Shown piece after piece: positions 1-11,169 of a DNA stretch of 64,000 nt (its first letter is position 1; each line of letters begins with the position of its first letter). The position numbers and the translations under genes are program-made. A model generated the notes under the pieces. The model did not search any database and was not told the origin of the DNA. It saw nothing but the letters and a program-made list of their open reading frames with translations. This DNA comes from Candidatus Sumerlaeia bacterium (GTDB lineage Bacteria; Sumerlaeota; Sumerlaeia; SLMS01), in assembly GCA_038208905.1 (NCBI GenBank), contig JBBQYG010000002.1:1-64000 (forward strand), in the 5' to 3' direction.

Positions 1-224
1 CGGTAATCCAGGCCGTGGGCGGGGGGGATTCCCGTTTACGAGGTGTCGCGCCGGGGGCCCGAACCCGCACTCCCTCCGTGCGAAATGCACGATCGCGCCG
101 CACATTGCAGTCTCGGCCGACTCGATGAGTCCGTGCTGGCGCGCTCCATGTGACGCCCGAATGCGGCTGATTTCCAGTAGGCATGAGGCTTTGGCAGGCA
201 GTGGGGGCACGGTGGGGTCCTCCG

Positions 225-240
225 TGGCGCGCTTCTAGCA
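225..240 (+). promoter_or_regulatory. Candidate sigma54 (-24/-12) promoter
   Basis: TGGCGCG-CTTC-TAGCA has GG and GC at the canonical spacing of TGGCACG-N4-TTGC, about 65 nt upstream of the ATG at 307. Confidence 0.4.
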
Positions 241-306
241 ACGGCTGGGGGGCAGTGGAGCAGAATCCCCACTCAGCAACATCATGATAGAAGAAAGGTT
301 TTCCCA

Positions 307-720
307 ATGAGAAACGCAATAGTAGGAACCCTTGCACTAATGCTTGTCGCCACCACCGGCTGCGCCTTCAACCGCAGCGAGAAGGGCGGCGAGGTCGCCA
401 GCGCAGAGCGCGAATTCCGGATTTCCGCGCCCCTGATGGTTACGAGCATCGCACAAGGCGAGGTCCAGCCCGTGACGGTGACTCTCCATCGCGGCCAGCA
501 ATTCCGCCAAAACGTGGAGCTGAACGTGAAGGTGCCGAAGGGACTCAGCGTCGAACCCAAAAACGTGACCGTAGCCGCGGGCGAGAAGGGCGACGTCCAG
601 CTTGTCCTCACCGCCGCAGCTGATGCGCCGCTCGCCACCTATCAGGTCGAAGTGCAGGGCACGCCCGATACGGGTAAGGCCACCTGGGTTCAGTTCCCAG
701 TGAAGGTTGTCGCCAAGTAG
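307..720 (+). CDS. Small lipoprotein with an Ig-like/beta-sandwich domain
   Basis: Hydrophobic signal ending in a lipobox-like ATTGC; beta-rich body; AAGG RBS upstream. Confidence 0.75.
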   Translation: MRNAIVGTLALMLVATTGCAFNRSEKGGEVASAEREFRISAPLMVTSIAQGEVQPVTVTLHRGQQFRQNVELNVKVPKGLSVEPKNVTVAAGEKGDVQLVLTAAADAPLATYQVEVQGTPDTGKATWVQFPVKVVAK

Positions 721-762
721 TGGCAGCAGACTGAACGCGCGCCACGGCATCCGCGAATTCGA

Positions 763-1020
763 TTGAACTCGCGGATGCCGGGCCCAAAGCCAGATATTCC
801 AGCGGTCTTGGGGAGAGACGCTCCGCGAATGATTCCCAAGCGACTCCCGATCTGCGAAGACCGGCGCGATTCCACGCACGAGGAGACCGCCCGGCATGCA
901 TTCGAGATATACAGGGCACTTCGGGCTTCAATCTCCCGAAACGACCACGAACCCATACCATGCGTGCGCGAGTCCCCCGATCGCCGGGACGAACTGGACG
1001 CACCGAGCCGCACCGAATGA
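763..1020 (+). pseudogene. Possible degenerate DUF2934-like small stress protein
   Basis: THEETARHAFEIY resembles the DUF2934 'EEIARRAYEIW' motif, but the downstream 'DWxxAE' half is not seen. Confidence 0.25.
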
Positions 1021-1043
1021 CTCTCCACGACGGGTGAACGAGG

Positions 1044-4000
1044 ATGCAGACCGCAATAGCCCGCTGGCAGGGCAGGATGAAGGCGAGGGCGGCATCGCGG
1101 CGCCGCGTCACAGAGCGGCCGTTTCGCGCAGAAGTCCTGAGCGTCAACCAGCTTTCGCACCACGCCACCTCACTCGCCTCGCGACATCGATACGTCACCA
1201 GGATTGGCAGCAACGGGCTGCTTGCCGAGTTGGCGGAAAACGAGGTAATTCTCCGACGGTACAATCGCGATATCCAATCCGCAGAGGGTCAACGGAGCGC
1301 TGATCCGGCGACTGAATGGATCATCGACAATTTCTATCTGATCGAGGAACAGATTCAGATGTCCCGGCGGCACCTGCCGAGGGGATACAGCCGCGAACTG
1401 CCGCGCCTGGCGAATGGCCCTCAGGCGGGCATGCCCCGAGTTTACGACATCGTACTGGAGCTAATCTCCCACCTCGACGCGCAAGTCGAAGAGGATCCCC
1501 TGCGGAGCTTTGTGGCGAGCTATCAGTCGATCGCGCCGCTGAAGCTCGGCGAGCTGTGGGCGATTCCGATCATGCTGAGGCTGGCGTTGATCGAGAACCT
1601 GCAACGCATCTGCACAAGGCTTTCGCTGGCGGGAAGGGATCGCGACCTTGCGAGCGAGTGGATTGATCGCCTGCAGGAAATGGCGGAAAAGAATCCGCGC
1701 CTCCTTGTGACCGTCGTCGGGGATATGGCGACGGCGGGGGTGCCGCTCTCGAGCGCCTTCGTGGCGGATTTTTGCATCAGGCTGAACCGGCAGGACCCGA
1801 TGCTACATATCGCCCGGAGTTGGCTGGAGCAGCAACTCGTCGAGCAGGGCATATCCGTCGAGCAAATGGTGAATGCGGAAAGCCAAAGCCAGGCGGCGGA
1901 CCAGGTATCCGTAAGTCACACCATCGCCAGCCTGCGGCGGCTGAGCACGATGGATTGGAAGGAATTCGTCGAGGCGATGAGCCTCGTCGAGCAGACTCTT
2001 CGGGAGGATCCCGCCGGTATCTACTCCTCGATGGATTTCGCGACCCGGAACCGTTATCGTACCGTCGTGGAGTCGCTGGCGAAGTGCGGACCGCTCTCCG
2101 AGTGCGACGTGGCGCGGAGGGTCGTCAGGCTGGCGGAGGACGCTAGGCAATCCAAGGGGCTAGCCGATCGGTCTGCCCACATTGGCTACTATCTGGTTGG
2201 TTCGGGCAGGCCGATCCTGAAAATCGCAGCGAATGTCCGATCGGGGAGAGGCAAGGCGGCGGAGCGCGTGATGAGGAATCATCCGCTTGCCTTCTACTTG
2301 TGCGGCGTCGCCGTGATCTCGCTTCTGGCAACGGGCATATTCATGATGCACCTGATGCCGCTCGGCTTGGGCGGGTGGCTGGCGGTGGCTCTGGTCGCCT
2401 TGCTGCTGCTCGCGTCGAGCCAGGTGGCCACCGCGTTCATGAATTGGATCGCGATGGTGTTGGCAAAGCCCCGGTTGCTCCCTCGCCTGGACTTCACGGA
2501 CGGAATCCCGGCAAGCGCCAGGACGATGGTCGTGGTGCCGACGATGCTCACGTCGCCGGAGGGCATCGGGCGCCTGATGGAGACGGTGCAACTTCACCAT
2601 CTCGCCAACCGCGATCCGAATATCCAATTTGCGCTGCTCACCGATTTCGACGACGCCGACAGCGATGTCATGCCGTCCGACGATGGACTTCTCAAGCTGG
2701 CCAGCGAAGGCGTGGCGGAATTGAACCGCAAGTACGGAGAGTCGGGCTCAACAGTCTTTTTCCTCTTTCACAGGCCGCGCCGATGGAACGGTAGCGAGGC
2801 GCGCTGGATGGGGCATGAGCGAAAGCGCGGAAAGCTCGATGAGTTCAATGCGCTGCTTCGTGGGGGACAGCGGGAGGCATTCTCGCTGATCGTCGGCGAC
2901 ACGTCCGCGCTTACGTCGGTCAAGTATGTCATCACCCTCGACACCGACACCCAGCTTCCCCGCGAAGCCGCGCGCCAACTGGTGGGCACGATTGCCCATC
3001 CGCTCAACCATCCCGAATTCGACGCGTCGGGCATCGTGAAGGAAGGCTACACCATCCTTCAGCCACGCATGGCGGTCAGCCTTCCCAGCGCGCGCCGTTC
3101 GTGGTTTGTGGCCATCTTCGCCGGCGACTCGGGAATCGATCCCTACACGCGGGCCGTCTCCGACGTGTACCAGGATGTTTTCGGCGAGGGATCGTTCATC
3201 GGAAAGGGCATCTATGACGTGGATGCGTTTCGGCGCGCGATGGATGGGCGCTTTCCCGAAAACACCATCCTGAGCCACGACTTGATCGAGTGCTGCCATG
3301 GACGCTCCGCCCTTGTGAGCGACGTGGTGCTGTATGAGGACTTCCCCTCCCGCTACAACACCGACGTTGATCGTCGGCACCGCTGGATTCGCGGCGACTG
3401 GCAAATCTCGCAGTGGCTGCTGCCGAGCGTCCCGGGCCCCGATGGGCGGCGGATCCCGAATCCGCTTTCTGGTCTGTCGAGGTGGAAGATTCTCGACAAC
3501 CTGCGACGGAGCCTCGTCCCCACCGCTCTTATGTTTCTCCTTCTGGGTACGTGGTTCCTAATTCCGGAACTGGGGGGCTGGGGCACGGTGCTGATCCTCG
3601 CGCTGATCGCCCTTCCCGGAGTCTTTCCCCCGATGGCTGAACTCGTCCGCAAGAACGAGGAGTTGCCGTGGGCGATCCACCTCAAGGAAATCGCGCGCGC
3701 GCTCGCGCGGCAGGGGGGCCAGGTCGCACTCACGCTCGCGTTCCTTCCATACGACGCCTACATGAGTGCCGACGCCATCGTTAGAACACTCGTGCGATTG
3801 CTGGTGACGAGGCGTCGCCTTCTCGAATGGAAGACCGCGAGCGACGCGGAGCGCACCGCGCGCACGGATCTGGCGGGCTTCCTCGGCGCCATGTGGCTCC
3901 CGCCCTCCATCGCCATTGCATGCACTCTTTTGCTGGCGTGGCTACAGCCCCATCAGTTGTCGGCGTCGGCGCCGATCCTCGCGCTCTGGTTCGTCTCGCC

Positions 4001-7000
4001 ATGGATCGCGTGGCGCATCAGCAAGCCCATTCCGGCTATTACACAGGATATTTCCCCCTCGCAGATCGATCTGCTGCGCCGCACCGCGAGGAAGACGTGG
4101 TTCTTCTTCGAGACCTTCGTCGCCGAGAAAGACAACTGGCTGCCGCCGGACAACTTCCAGGAGGACCCGCCAGTCGGCATCGCATCGCGGACGTCTCCAA
4201 CCAACATGGGGCTGGCGTTGCTTGCCAATCTGGCAGCCCGCGATCTGGGATATCTCCCCATCGGAAGACTCGTCAGCCGCACGCGCGAATCGCTGGCCAC
4301 GATGGCGCGACTCGAAAAGCACCACGGTCATTTCTACAACTGGTACGACACCCGTTCCCTTCAGCCTCTTTTCCCACTCTATGTGTCGAGCGTCGATAGC
4401 GGCAACCTGGCGGGACACCTTCTCACGATGGGTTCCGGGCTTAGGGAGATGGTCGACGAGCCCGTGTTCCTCAATGAGTCGTATGCGGGGCTGCGGGACA
4501 CGGTTGCTATCCTGCGCGGTCTTGGCGGGGACGCGGGCGGGCTCGACGCGATGGAAGAGGCCCTGCGCAACACGCCCGATGGCCTGTCCGGCGACCTCGC
4601 CTCGATGAGGACGCTGTCATCGCATGCGGCCGCCATCGAGGAGCCCCTTGAGCGGGGAAGCTCCGCCCGCGCATGGGCATCGGGATTGAGGAGGAACTGC
4701 GAGGAGTTCGCCGAGGAGATTCTTTTCTTCGCGCCGTGGCTCGGTTTTGCACATCAGATGGACGACCTGATCGCCGCGATCGGTGCCTCGCCATCGGGCT
4801 CCGACGAGGAAAGCGGCGAGTTCGTGGCCAAGCTCGCGTTGCTCGACCGGGTTGCGACTCTACGCGACGTCTCCCTGTTCGATCAGACATACTGCCTGCT
4901 GATCGAAGGCTACCTTGCCTCCCGCCCGGATGGTTTCCCCGATGAAGTGCGCTCGCGGCTGGAGATGCTCTGCGGCTCCCTCGCGGGCGCGAGCGGGCTG
5001 GCCCGGGAACGCATGACCTCGCTGGAATCGCTGGCCCAGCAATGCGACGACATGGCGGCGATGGACTTCGCCTTCCTCTACGATGCGAATCGCGACCTAT
5101 TCACGATTGGCTACAACGTCTCCGATCGGCGCCGCGACGCGAGCTACTACGATCTCCTCGCCTCCGAATCCCGACTATGCAGCTACGTCGCGATCGCGCT
5201 CGGCCAGATCCCCCAGGATCACTGGTTTTCTCTCGGCCGCCTGCTGGTGGCGTCCCACGGGCAGACCATCCTGATCTCCTGGAGCGGCTCGATGTTCGAG
5301 TACCTGATGCCGGGGCTCGTCATGCCGAGCTACGTGGACACGCTCCTTGATCGCACATCCCGCGTGGCGGTGAAGGAACAGATCGCGTACGGCAAATCGC
5401 GCGAAGTTCCCTGGGGAGTTTCCGAGTCCGGATACAACCGGACGGATACCAACCTCAACTACCAGTACCGCGCATTCGGGGTGCCTGGCCTGGGGCTGAA
5501 GCGTGGCCTTGCGGAGGACCTTGTAATTGCTCCCTATGCGACGATGATGGCCCTCGTGGTGGCGCCGCGCGAAGCATGCGAAAACATGCAGCGCATGGTG
5601 GAGGCGGGGTTCGAGGGGCCCTATGGCTTCTACGAGGCGGTGGACTACACGCCGTCGCGACTGCCGCCCGACCAGGACTTCGCCATCGTGAAATCCTACA
5701 TGGCGCATCATCAGGGGATGGCCCTGCTCGGGCTCGTCCACTTCCTCCGCGGAGCCCCGATGCAGCGGCGCTTCGCTTCGTGCCTCAAGCTGAGGGCCGC
5801 CGACCTCCTCCTGCAGGAGCGAGTGCCGCGCACGGACGCGAGCATCTTCTCCGGCGACCTTTTCGAGAAGGAGAAGGAACCCGCCCACCTGGCCGATGTC
5901 GAGTCCACGATGCGCGTCTTCACGAAGCCATCGGCGCCGGCCCCAGAGGTGCATCTGCTCTCGAATGGTCGCTACAATGTCGCCATCAGCAGCGCGGGCG
6001 GCGGCTATAGCCAGTGGCGCGGGCTTGATGTGACGCGCTGGCGAGAGGACTCCACGCGCGATTGCTGGGGAAGCTTCGTCTATCTGAGGGATGACGCATC
6101 GGGAGATGTCTGGTCGGTCGCCCTCCAGCCCACGCTTCGCGAGACAAAGAACTACGAGGCGATTTTCACCCAGGCCCGCGCGGAATTCCGCCATCGACAC
6201 GACGGCTGGGACGTCCACACGGAGATCTGCGTCTCACCCGAGGACGATGTCGAGCTGCGACGTATCACGCTAACAAATCGGACCCGCAGGCCGCGCTCGA
6301 TAGAGCTTACCAGCTGTGCGGAGGTGGTACTCGCGCCTCGCTCGGCGGACGCCGCGCATCCTGCGTTCAGCGGACTGTTTGTCCAGACGGAGATACTGCC
6401 CAAGTCGTCGGCCATCCTATGCACGCGTCGCCCGCGTTCGCACGAGGAGAAGCCGCCGTATCTGCTCCACCTCATGTCCAGCCAGAAACCCTGCGAGGGC
6501 GGAACCTCGGCGGAGACCGACCGGGCGCGCTTTGTTGGGCGCGGCGGAACACTGGCCCACCCAGCGGCAATGCGTGAACCCGGCCCTCTATCCAACACGG
6601 CCGGCCCCGTGCTGGATCCTGTTGTTTCGCTGCGATGCGCGGTTTCCTGCGGAGCGAACGAGACCATTTCGATCGACATCGTTACGGGTGCAGCCGAGAC
6701 GCGCGAAGCGGCCATGGCGCTGGTTGACAAGTACACGACGCCGCGCATGGCCGACAGGGCGTTCGAACTCGCGTGGACGCACAGCCAGGTCGTCCTTCGC
6801 CATCTGAATGCGACCGAGAGCGACGCGCAGCTCTATGGCCGCATGGCCAGCGCATTGATCTATGCGGACGGCGCGCGCCGCGCGGAGGCCGCCGTCCTCC
6901 GCGGCAACCGCCGGGGGCAGAGCAACCTGTGGAGCTATGGCATCTCCGGCGACATCCCCATCGTCCTTCTGAGCGTTGGAAGCATCGACAACATGGCCAT

Positions 7001-9758
7001 CGTTCGCCAGGCACTTCAGGCGCACTCCTACTGGCGAATGAAGGGCTTGGCGGTGGAACTGGTAATCGTGAACGAGGACGAGTCGATCTATCGCCAGTCC
7101 CTCCACGATCACATCGTTGCCATGATCGGCTCGGCGATCGAGGCACCCATGCTCGACAAGCCCGGCGGCATATTCGTCCGAAGGCTGGAGCAGATTCCCA
7201 GCGAGGACCGCATCCTGCTGCGGTCGGCGGCCCGGATTGTCCTTCACGATGGCGGCGGCGGTATCGCGGAGCAGTTCGAGGAGCGCGGCGATCTGGATTC
7301 ACCGCCTCCGGCGCTTGTGCCTTCGCGGTCGGTGTTTCCAGAAGTTCCGGTGGCCCGGCCAAAGCGCGATCTCCTTTTCGACAACGGATATGGAGGCTTT
7401 ACGAAGGACGGCCGAGAGTATGTGATCGCCCTCGCACAGGGGCAGGCGACCCCCGCCCCTTGGATTAACGTCCTGGCCAACCCGCACTTTGGGGCCATCG
7501 TCTCCGAGAGCGGCTGTGGCTACACATGGGTCGAGAACTCCCACGAGTTCCGGCTTACCCCGTGGAGCAACGACCCCGTGCAGGACACTCCGGGGGAGGC
7601 GATCTACATCCGCGACGAGGAGACCGGTCGCTACTGGTCTCCCACGCCGCTACCCGCTGGGGATGGCGCCCCCTGCGTGGTTCGCCACGGCTTTGGATAT
7701 ACAGTCTTCGAACGCACCCAGAACGGGATCATGTCGGAGCTGTGGATGTACGTGGCGATCGACGCGCCGGTGAAGTTCGCGACTCTCAAGCTCACGAATG
7801 TCTCGGGGCGGTCGCGGTCGCTGTCGATCACCGGCTATTGCGAGTGGGTGCTGGGAGAGCTGAGGCAGAAAAACCTTCTCCACATCGTGACGGAGGTCGA
7901 CCCCCGGACGGGCGTCCTCCTTGCGCGAAATCCCTACAACACGGCCTTCCCCGATCGCATCGCGTTCATGGACGTGGATGGCGCCTCGCGGAGCGTCACC
8001 GGAAGCCGCCGCGAGTTCCTTGGGCGCAACGGCACCTATGCCCACCCCGCCGCGATGCGGCGCACCCGGCTCTCCGGGCGGACGGGCGCCGGTCTCGATC
8101 CCTGTAGCGCCGTGCAGGTTCCCGTCGTGCTGGATGTCGAACAATCGGCGGAGGTCACGTTCCGCATCGGCGTGGGGCGCGGTCACGCGGATGTGCAGGA
8201 ACTCGTCAAGCGCTACCGCCGCGCCGGCGCCTGCCGCACGGCGCTCGACGAAGTCCATCGCCACTGGCGCACCGTGCTGGGCGCCGTGACGGTGGAGACA
8301 CCGGACCCATCCATCGACGCGCTCGTGAACGGTTGGCTCATGTACCAGACGATCGGATGCCGGATCTGGGGGAGAACTGGCTTCTATCAGTCTGGCGGCG
8401 CCTATGGATTCCGCGATCAGTTGCAGGACACGATGGCCTTGGTCCATGCCGCTCCCGACATTGCCCGCGACCACCTGCTCCGCGCCGCATCGCGTCAGTT
8501 TCGCGAAGGCGACGTGCAGCACTGGTGGCACCCGCCGACGGGCAACGGCGTCAGGACGCAATTCTCCGACGACTACCTGTGGCTTCCCTATGCAACGTGC
8601 AGGTATGTGACCGCCCTTGCGGATACGGGGATTCTCGACGAGCGGATCTCTTTCCTGGAGGGGCGCCTCCTCAGTCCCGGCGAAGAAGCAAACTACGAGC
8701 TTCCGCAGCGCTCCGACGAATCGGCCACGCTCTACGAGCATTGCGTCCGCGCGATCAAGCGCGGCCTTGGACGCTTGGGGGAGCACGGTCTGCCGCTGAT
8801 TGGATGCGGAGACTGGAACGACGGAATGAACATGGTCGGCAAGGACGGCCGCGGAGAGAGCGTATGGCTGGCATTCTTCCTGTTCGATGTGCTGAAGCAG
8901 TTCGAGGTCCTTGCAACCGGACGCAGCGACGCGAACTTCGCGGCGGAGTGTTCCGCGGGCGCCGAGCTGCTGCGCGTGAATATCGAGGCCCACGCCTGGG
9001 ACGGCGAATGGTATCGGCGCGCGTACTTCGACAACGGCGAACCACTCGGCTCCCGAACGAATGAGGAATGCCAGATCGATTCACTCCCCCAAAGCTGGTC
9101 GGTGATCAGCGGAGCCGGCGATTCCGCGCGCGCAGAGATCGCCATGGAGGCGATGGACAAGCGCCTGATCCGCCGGGAAGATCGCATCGTGCAGCTCTTC
9201 GATCCGCCCTTCGACAAGTCGTCACAGGATCCCGGCTACATCAAGGGATACATCCCCGGCGTCCGGGAGAACGGCGGGCAGTACACCCATGCGGCGATCT
9301 GGGCGGCAATGGCCTTTGCCAAGATGGGTGACGGAACCCGCGCGTGGGAACTTCTTGATATCCTCAACCCCATTCGCAACGGAGACACCCCGGAGAAGAT
9401 CGCCCGGTACCGCGTGGAGCCCTATGTAATCGCCGCCGACATCTATGGCGTGGAACCCCACGTCGGGCGCGGCGGCTGGACGTGGTACACCGGGTCGGCG
9501 GGATGGATGTACCGACTGCTGGTGGAAACGCTGCTGGGTGTTAACCGCGAGGGACCGAACTTGCGCCTTCGCCCGATCATGCCGGCGGGTTGGAATTCCT
9601 TCACCGTGCGCTATGTGTACCGGGCCACGACTTACCGCATTCGCATTGAGCGATCCGCGAAGCCAGGCTTGATCGTGGACGGCAATCCGGTTTCCGGGGA
9701 TATGGTCCCACTCTGGGACGACGGGAAGGATCACCAGGTGGAGATGACGGTCACGTGA
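1044..9758 (+). CDS. ndvB: Cyclic beta-1,2-glucan synthase (Cgs/NdvB/ChvB type: GT84, membrane segments, glucoamylase-like domain, C-terminal GH94 phosphorylase)
   Basis: 2904 aa; motifs WIIDNFYLIEEQI, TLDTDTQLP, SFIGKGIYDV, LSHDLIE, RRHRWIRGDWQ, SWSGSMFEYLMP, GFYQSGGAYGFRDQLQD, GDWNDGMN, RENGGQYTHAA. Confidence 0.93.
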   Translation: MQTAIARWQGRMKARAASRRRVTERPFRAEVLSVNQLSHHATSLASRHRYVTRIGSNGLLAELAENEVILRRYNRDIQSAEGQRSADPATEWIIDNFYLIEEQIQMSRRHLPRGYSRELPRLANGPQAGMPRVYDIVLELISHLDAQVEEDPLRSFVASYQSIAPLKLGELWAIPIMLRLALIENLQRICTRLSLAGRDRDLASEWIDRLQEMAEKNPRLLVTVVGDMATAGVPLSSAFVADFCIRLNRQDPMLHIARSWLEQQLVEQGISVEQMVNAESQSQAADQVSVSHTIASLRRLSTMDWKEFVEAMSLVEQTLREDPAGIYSSMDFATRNRYRTVVESLAKCGPLSECDVARRVVRLAEDARQSKGLADRSAHIGYYLVGSGRPILKIAANVRSGRGKAAERVMRNHPLAFYLCGVAVISLLATGIFMMHLMPLGLGGWLAVALVALLLLASSQVATAFMNWIAMVLAKPRLLPRLDFTDGIPASARTMVVVPTMLTSPEGIGRLMETVQLHHLANRDPNIQFALLTDFDDADSDVMPSDDGLLKLASEGVAELNRKYGESGSTVFFLFHRPRRWNGSEARWMGHERKRGKLDEFNALLRGGQREAFSLIVGDTSALTSVKYVITLDTDTQLPREAARQLVGTIAHPLNHPEFDASGIVKEGYTILQPRMAVSLPSARRSWFVAIFAGDSGIDPYTRAVSDVYQDVFGEGSFIGKGIYDVDAFRRAMDGRFPENTILSHDLIECCHGRSALVSDVVLYEDFPSRYNTDVDRRHRWIRGDWQISQWLLPSVPGPDGRRIPNPLSGLSRWKILDNLRRSLVPTALMFLLLGTWFLIPELGGWGTVLILALIALPGVFPPMAELVRKNEELPWAIHLKEIARALARQGGQVALTLAFLPYDAYMSADAIVRTLVRLLVTRRRLLEWKTASDAERTARTDLAGFLGAMWLPPSIAIACTLLLAWLQPHQLSASAPILALWFVSPWIAWRISKPIPAITQDISPSQIDLLRRTARKTWFFFETFVAEKDNWLPPDNFQEDPPVGIASRTSPTNMGLALLANLAARDLGYLPIGRLVSRTRESLATMARLEKHHGHFYNWYDTRSLQPLFPLYVSSVDSGNLAGHLLTMGSGLREMVDEPVFLNESYAGLRDTVAILRGLGGDAGGLDAMEEALRNTPDGLSGDLASMRTLSSHAAAIEEPLERGSSARAWASGLRRNCEEFAEEILFFAPWLGFAHQMDDLIAAIGASPSGSDEESGEFVAKLALLDRVATLRDVSLFDQTYCLLIEGYLASRPDGFPDEVRSRLEMLCGSLAGASGLARERMTSLESLAQQCDDMAAMDFAFLYDANRDLFTIGYNVSDRRRDASYYDLLASESRLCSYVAIALGQIPQDHWFSLGRLLVASHGQTILISWSGSMFEYLMPGLVMPSYVDTLLDRTSRVAVKEQIAYGKSREVPWGVSESGYNRTDTNLNYQYRAFGVPGLGLKRGLAEDLVIAPYATMMALVVAPREACENMQRMVEAGFEGPYGFYEAVDYTPSRLPPDQDFAIVKSYMAHHQGMALLGLVHFLRGAPMQRRFASCLKLRAADLLLQERVPRTDASIFSGDLFEKEKEPAHLADVESTMRVFTKPSAPAPEVHLLSNGRYNVAISSAGGGYSQWRGLDVTRWREDSTRDCWGSFVYLRDDASGDVWSVALQPTLRETKNYEAIFTQARAEFRHRHDGWDVHTEICVSPEDDVELRRITLTNRTRRPRSIELTSCAEVVLAPRSADAAHPAFSGLFVQTEILPKSSAILCTRRPRSHEEKPPYLLHLMSSQKPCEGGTSAETDRARFVGRGGTLAHPAAMREPGPLSNTAGPVLDPVVSLRCAVSCGANETISIDIVTGAAETREAAMALVDKYTTPRMADRAFELAWTHSQVVLRHLNATESDAQLYGRMASALIYADGARRAEAAVLRGNRRGQSNLWSYGISGDIPIVLLSVGSIDNMAIVRQALQAHSYWRMKGLAVELVIVNEDESIYRQSLHDHIVAMIGSAIEAPMLDKPGGIFVRRLEQIPSEDRILLRSAARIVLHDGGGGIAEQFEERGDLDSPPPALVPSRSVFPEVPVARPKRDLLFDNGYGGFTKDGREYVIALAQGQATPAPWINVLANPHFGAIVSESGCGYTWVENSHEFRLTPWSNDPVQDTPGEAIYIRDEETGRYWSPTPLPAGDGAPCVVRHGFGYTVFERTQNGIMSELWMYVAIDAPVKFATLKLTNVSGRSRSLSITGYCEWVLGELRQKNLLHIVTEVDPRTGVLLARNPYNTAFPDRIAFMDVDGASRSVTGSRREFLGRNGTYAHPAAMRRTRLSGRTGAGLDPCSAVQVPVVLDVEQSAEVTFRIGVGRGHADVQELVKRYRRAGACRTALDEVHRHWRTVLGAVTVETPDPSIDALVNGWLMYQTIGCRIWGRTGFYQSGGAYGFRDQLQDTMALVHAAPDIARDHLLRAASRQFREGDVQHWWHPPTGNGVRTQFSDDYLWLPYATCRYVTALADTGILDERISFLEGRLLSPGEEANYELPQRSDESATLYEHCVRAIKRGLGRLGEHGLPLIGCGDWNDGMNMVGKDGRGESVWLAFFLFDVLKQFEVLATGRSDANFAAECSAGAELLRVNIEAHAWDGEWYRRAYFDNGEPLGSRTNEECQIDSLPQSWSVISGAGDSARAEIAMEAMDKRLIRREDRIVQLFDPPFDKSSQDPGYIKGYIPGVRENGGQYTHAAIWAAMAFAKMGDGTRAWELLDILNPIRNGDTPEKIARYRVEPYVIAADIYGVEPHVGRGGWTWYTGSAGWMYRLLVETLLGVNREGPNLRLRPIMPAGWNSFTVRYVYRATTYRIRIERSAKPGLIVDGNPVSGDMVPLWDDGKDHQVEMTVT

Positions 9759-10005
9759 CGGTCAGGGCATCACCGGCGACGTCGCCCTCGATGACGTCGC
9801 AACAACTCCCAACTGCCTTGCTGCAAAACACAATTCATCGTCCTTCACAGAAGAGTGCATTTCGCCCCCTCGCCTTGCGGGTCGCCTGTGGATTTCGCAC
9901 GACGCGGCGACCAAAAGTGATCCCTCGCTCCGGTCGCGGAGAACCCAAAATCCACAAATGACAGTGAAAGGGGGGCTCGCGCCGATTCGCGCCCTTTTAT
10001 ATGCC

Positions 10006-10024
10006 CGATGGCACGCCGATTGAT
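10006..10024 (+). promoter_or_regulatory. Sigma54-like motif with -12 GA, upstream of the first DUF892 gene
   Basis: CGATGGCACGCCGATTGAT; matches 26764-26782 at 16 of 19 positions. Confidence 0.5.
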
Positions 10025-10096
10025 GAGAGTTTGGCAGAGAGAAGAAGGCCGCTGCAAACGCCCATCGTCTCCATCCCAATGCAGGAGCTTCCTACC

Positions 10097-10609
10097 ATGT
10101 CTCATCTCGGTTCCCTTCAGGACCTGTTCGTCGAACAGCTTCAGGACATCTACGACGCCGAAAACCAGCTGATCGAATCGATCCCCGCGATGGCCAGCGC
10201 CGCCCATGACCAAGACCTGCGCGATGCCTTCACCCACCACCTGGACGAGACCCGCGAGCACTTGAATCGCCTCCGCGAAATCTTTCGCGGCCTTAGCCTT
10301 CCCGCGGAGCGGAAGCGCTGCAAGGCGATGGCCGGGCTCATCAAGGAGGCCGAGGAAGTCCTCACTGCCAGCGGTGATCGCGATGTTCTCGACGCTGCCC
10401 TGATTGCCGCCGCCCAGCGTATCGAGCACTACGAGATCGCCTCCTATGGCACCGTGCGCGCCTTCGCCAAGCGCTTGGACTACAGCGAGGCAGCCCGACT
10501 TCTGGACAAGACGCTGACCGAGGAAGGCAACGCGGACAAAAAGCTGACCAAGTTGGCGGAGGGCACGCTTCTCCAGCGCTCGATCAACAAGGAAGCCGCG
10601 AGCGCCTAG
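10097..10609 (+). CDS. Ferritin-like stress protein, DUF892/YciF family
   Basis: LQDLFVEQLQDIYDAENQL, HLDETREH, CKAMAGLIKE, AAAQRIEHYEIASYGT; GGAG RBS supports the ATG at 10097. Confidence 0.92.
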   Translation: MSHLGSLQDLFVEQLQDIYDAENQLIESIPAMASAAHDQDLRDAFTHHLDETREHLNRLREIFRGLSLPAERKRCKAMAGLIKEAEEVLTASGDRDVLDAALIAAAQRIEHYEIASYGTVRAFAKRLDYSEAARLLDKTLTEEGNADKKLTKLAEGTLLQRSINKEAASA

Positions 10610-10654
10610 AAGTCGCCTCCCTCACCCTTAACCAATCCACAGAGGATCAAGCAC

Positions 10655-10930
10655 ATGAAAGCGAATAACACCGCGATGGAAGCCGAAGAGGTCCTGCACA
10701 CCGGAGTACGCCGCCTTGCCGACAACGCCGAGCACATGGCGGAAGTGGCAAACGAGAAGGTCAAGGAGTACACCGGCAAGGCCAAGGACCTGCTGCACGA
10801 CGCCAATAACACGTCTCTGGCCGATGTGGAGAAGAAGGTCGGTGGCTACATCCGCAAGTCCCCGGGCCGTTGTCTCCTGACGGCCGCCGCTGCGGGCCTC
10901 GTCCTCGGCTTCTTCCTCGCGCGCAAGTAG
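10655..10930 (+). CDS. DUF883 / ElaB-YqjD family tail-anchored stress protein
   Basis: Helical N-terminus, then YIRKSPGRCLLTAAAAGLVLGFFLARK C-terminal anchor; GAGG RBS. Confidence 0.75.
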   Translation: MKANNTAMEAEEVLHTGVRRLADNAEHMAEVANEKVKEYTGKAKDLLHDANNTSLADVEKKVGGYIRKSPGRCLLTAAAAGLVLGFFLARK

Positions 10931-11169
10931 CCAGGATTCTTGACCTCACCCGGGGTGCCGCCCGCGAATCGAGGACACGCCATGGGATCCCATGCCCTCG
11001 ATACGCCAGCGGCACCCCTTCCATCCATCTATCAATGCCCGGCGCGGGGGGCGAATCCCCTCGGCCGAGGACGGAGATACGAAGTGGACAAAAAAAGCTG
11101 GGATCAATGCGGCCCCCGACCGCACGTTGATCACCACCCCGACCATTCTCAAGAACGAGGAATAATATC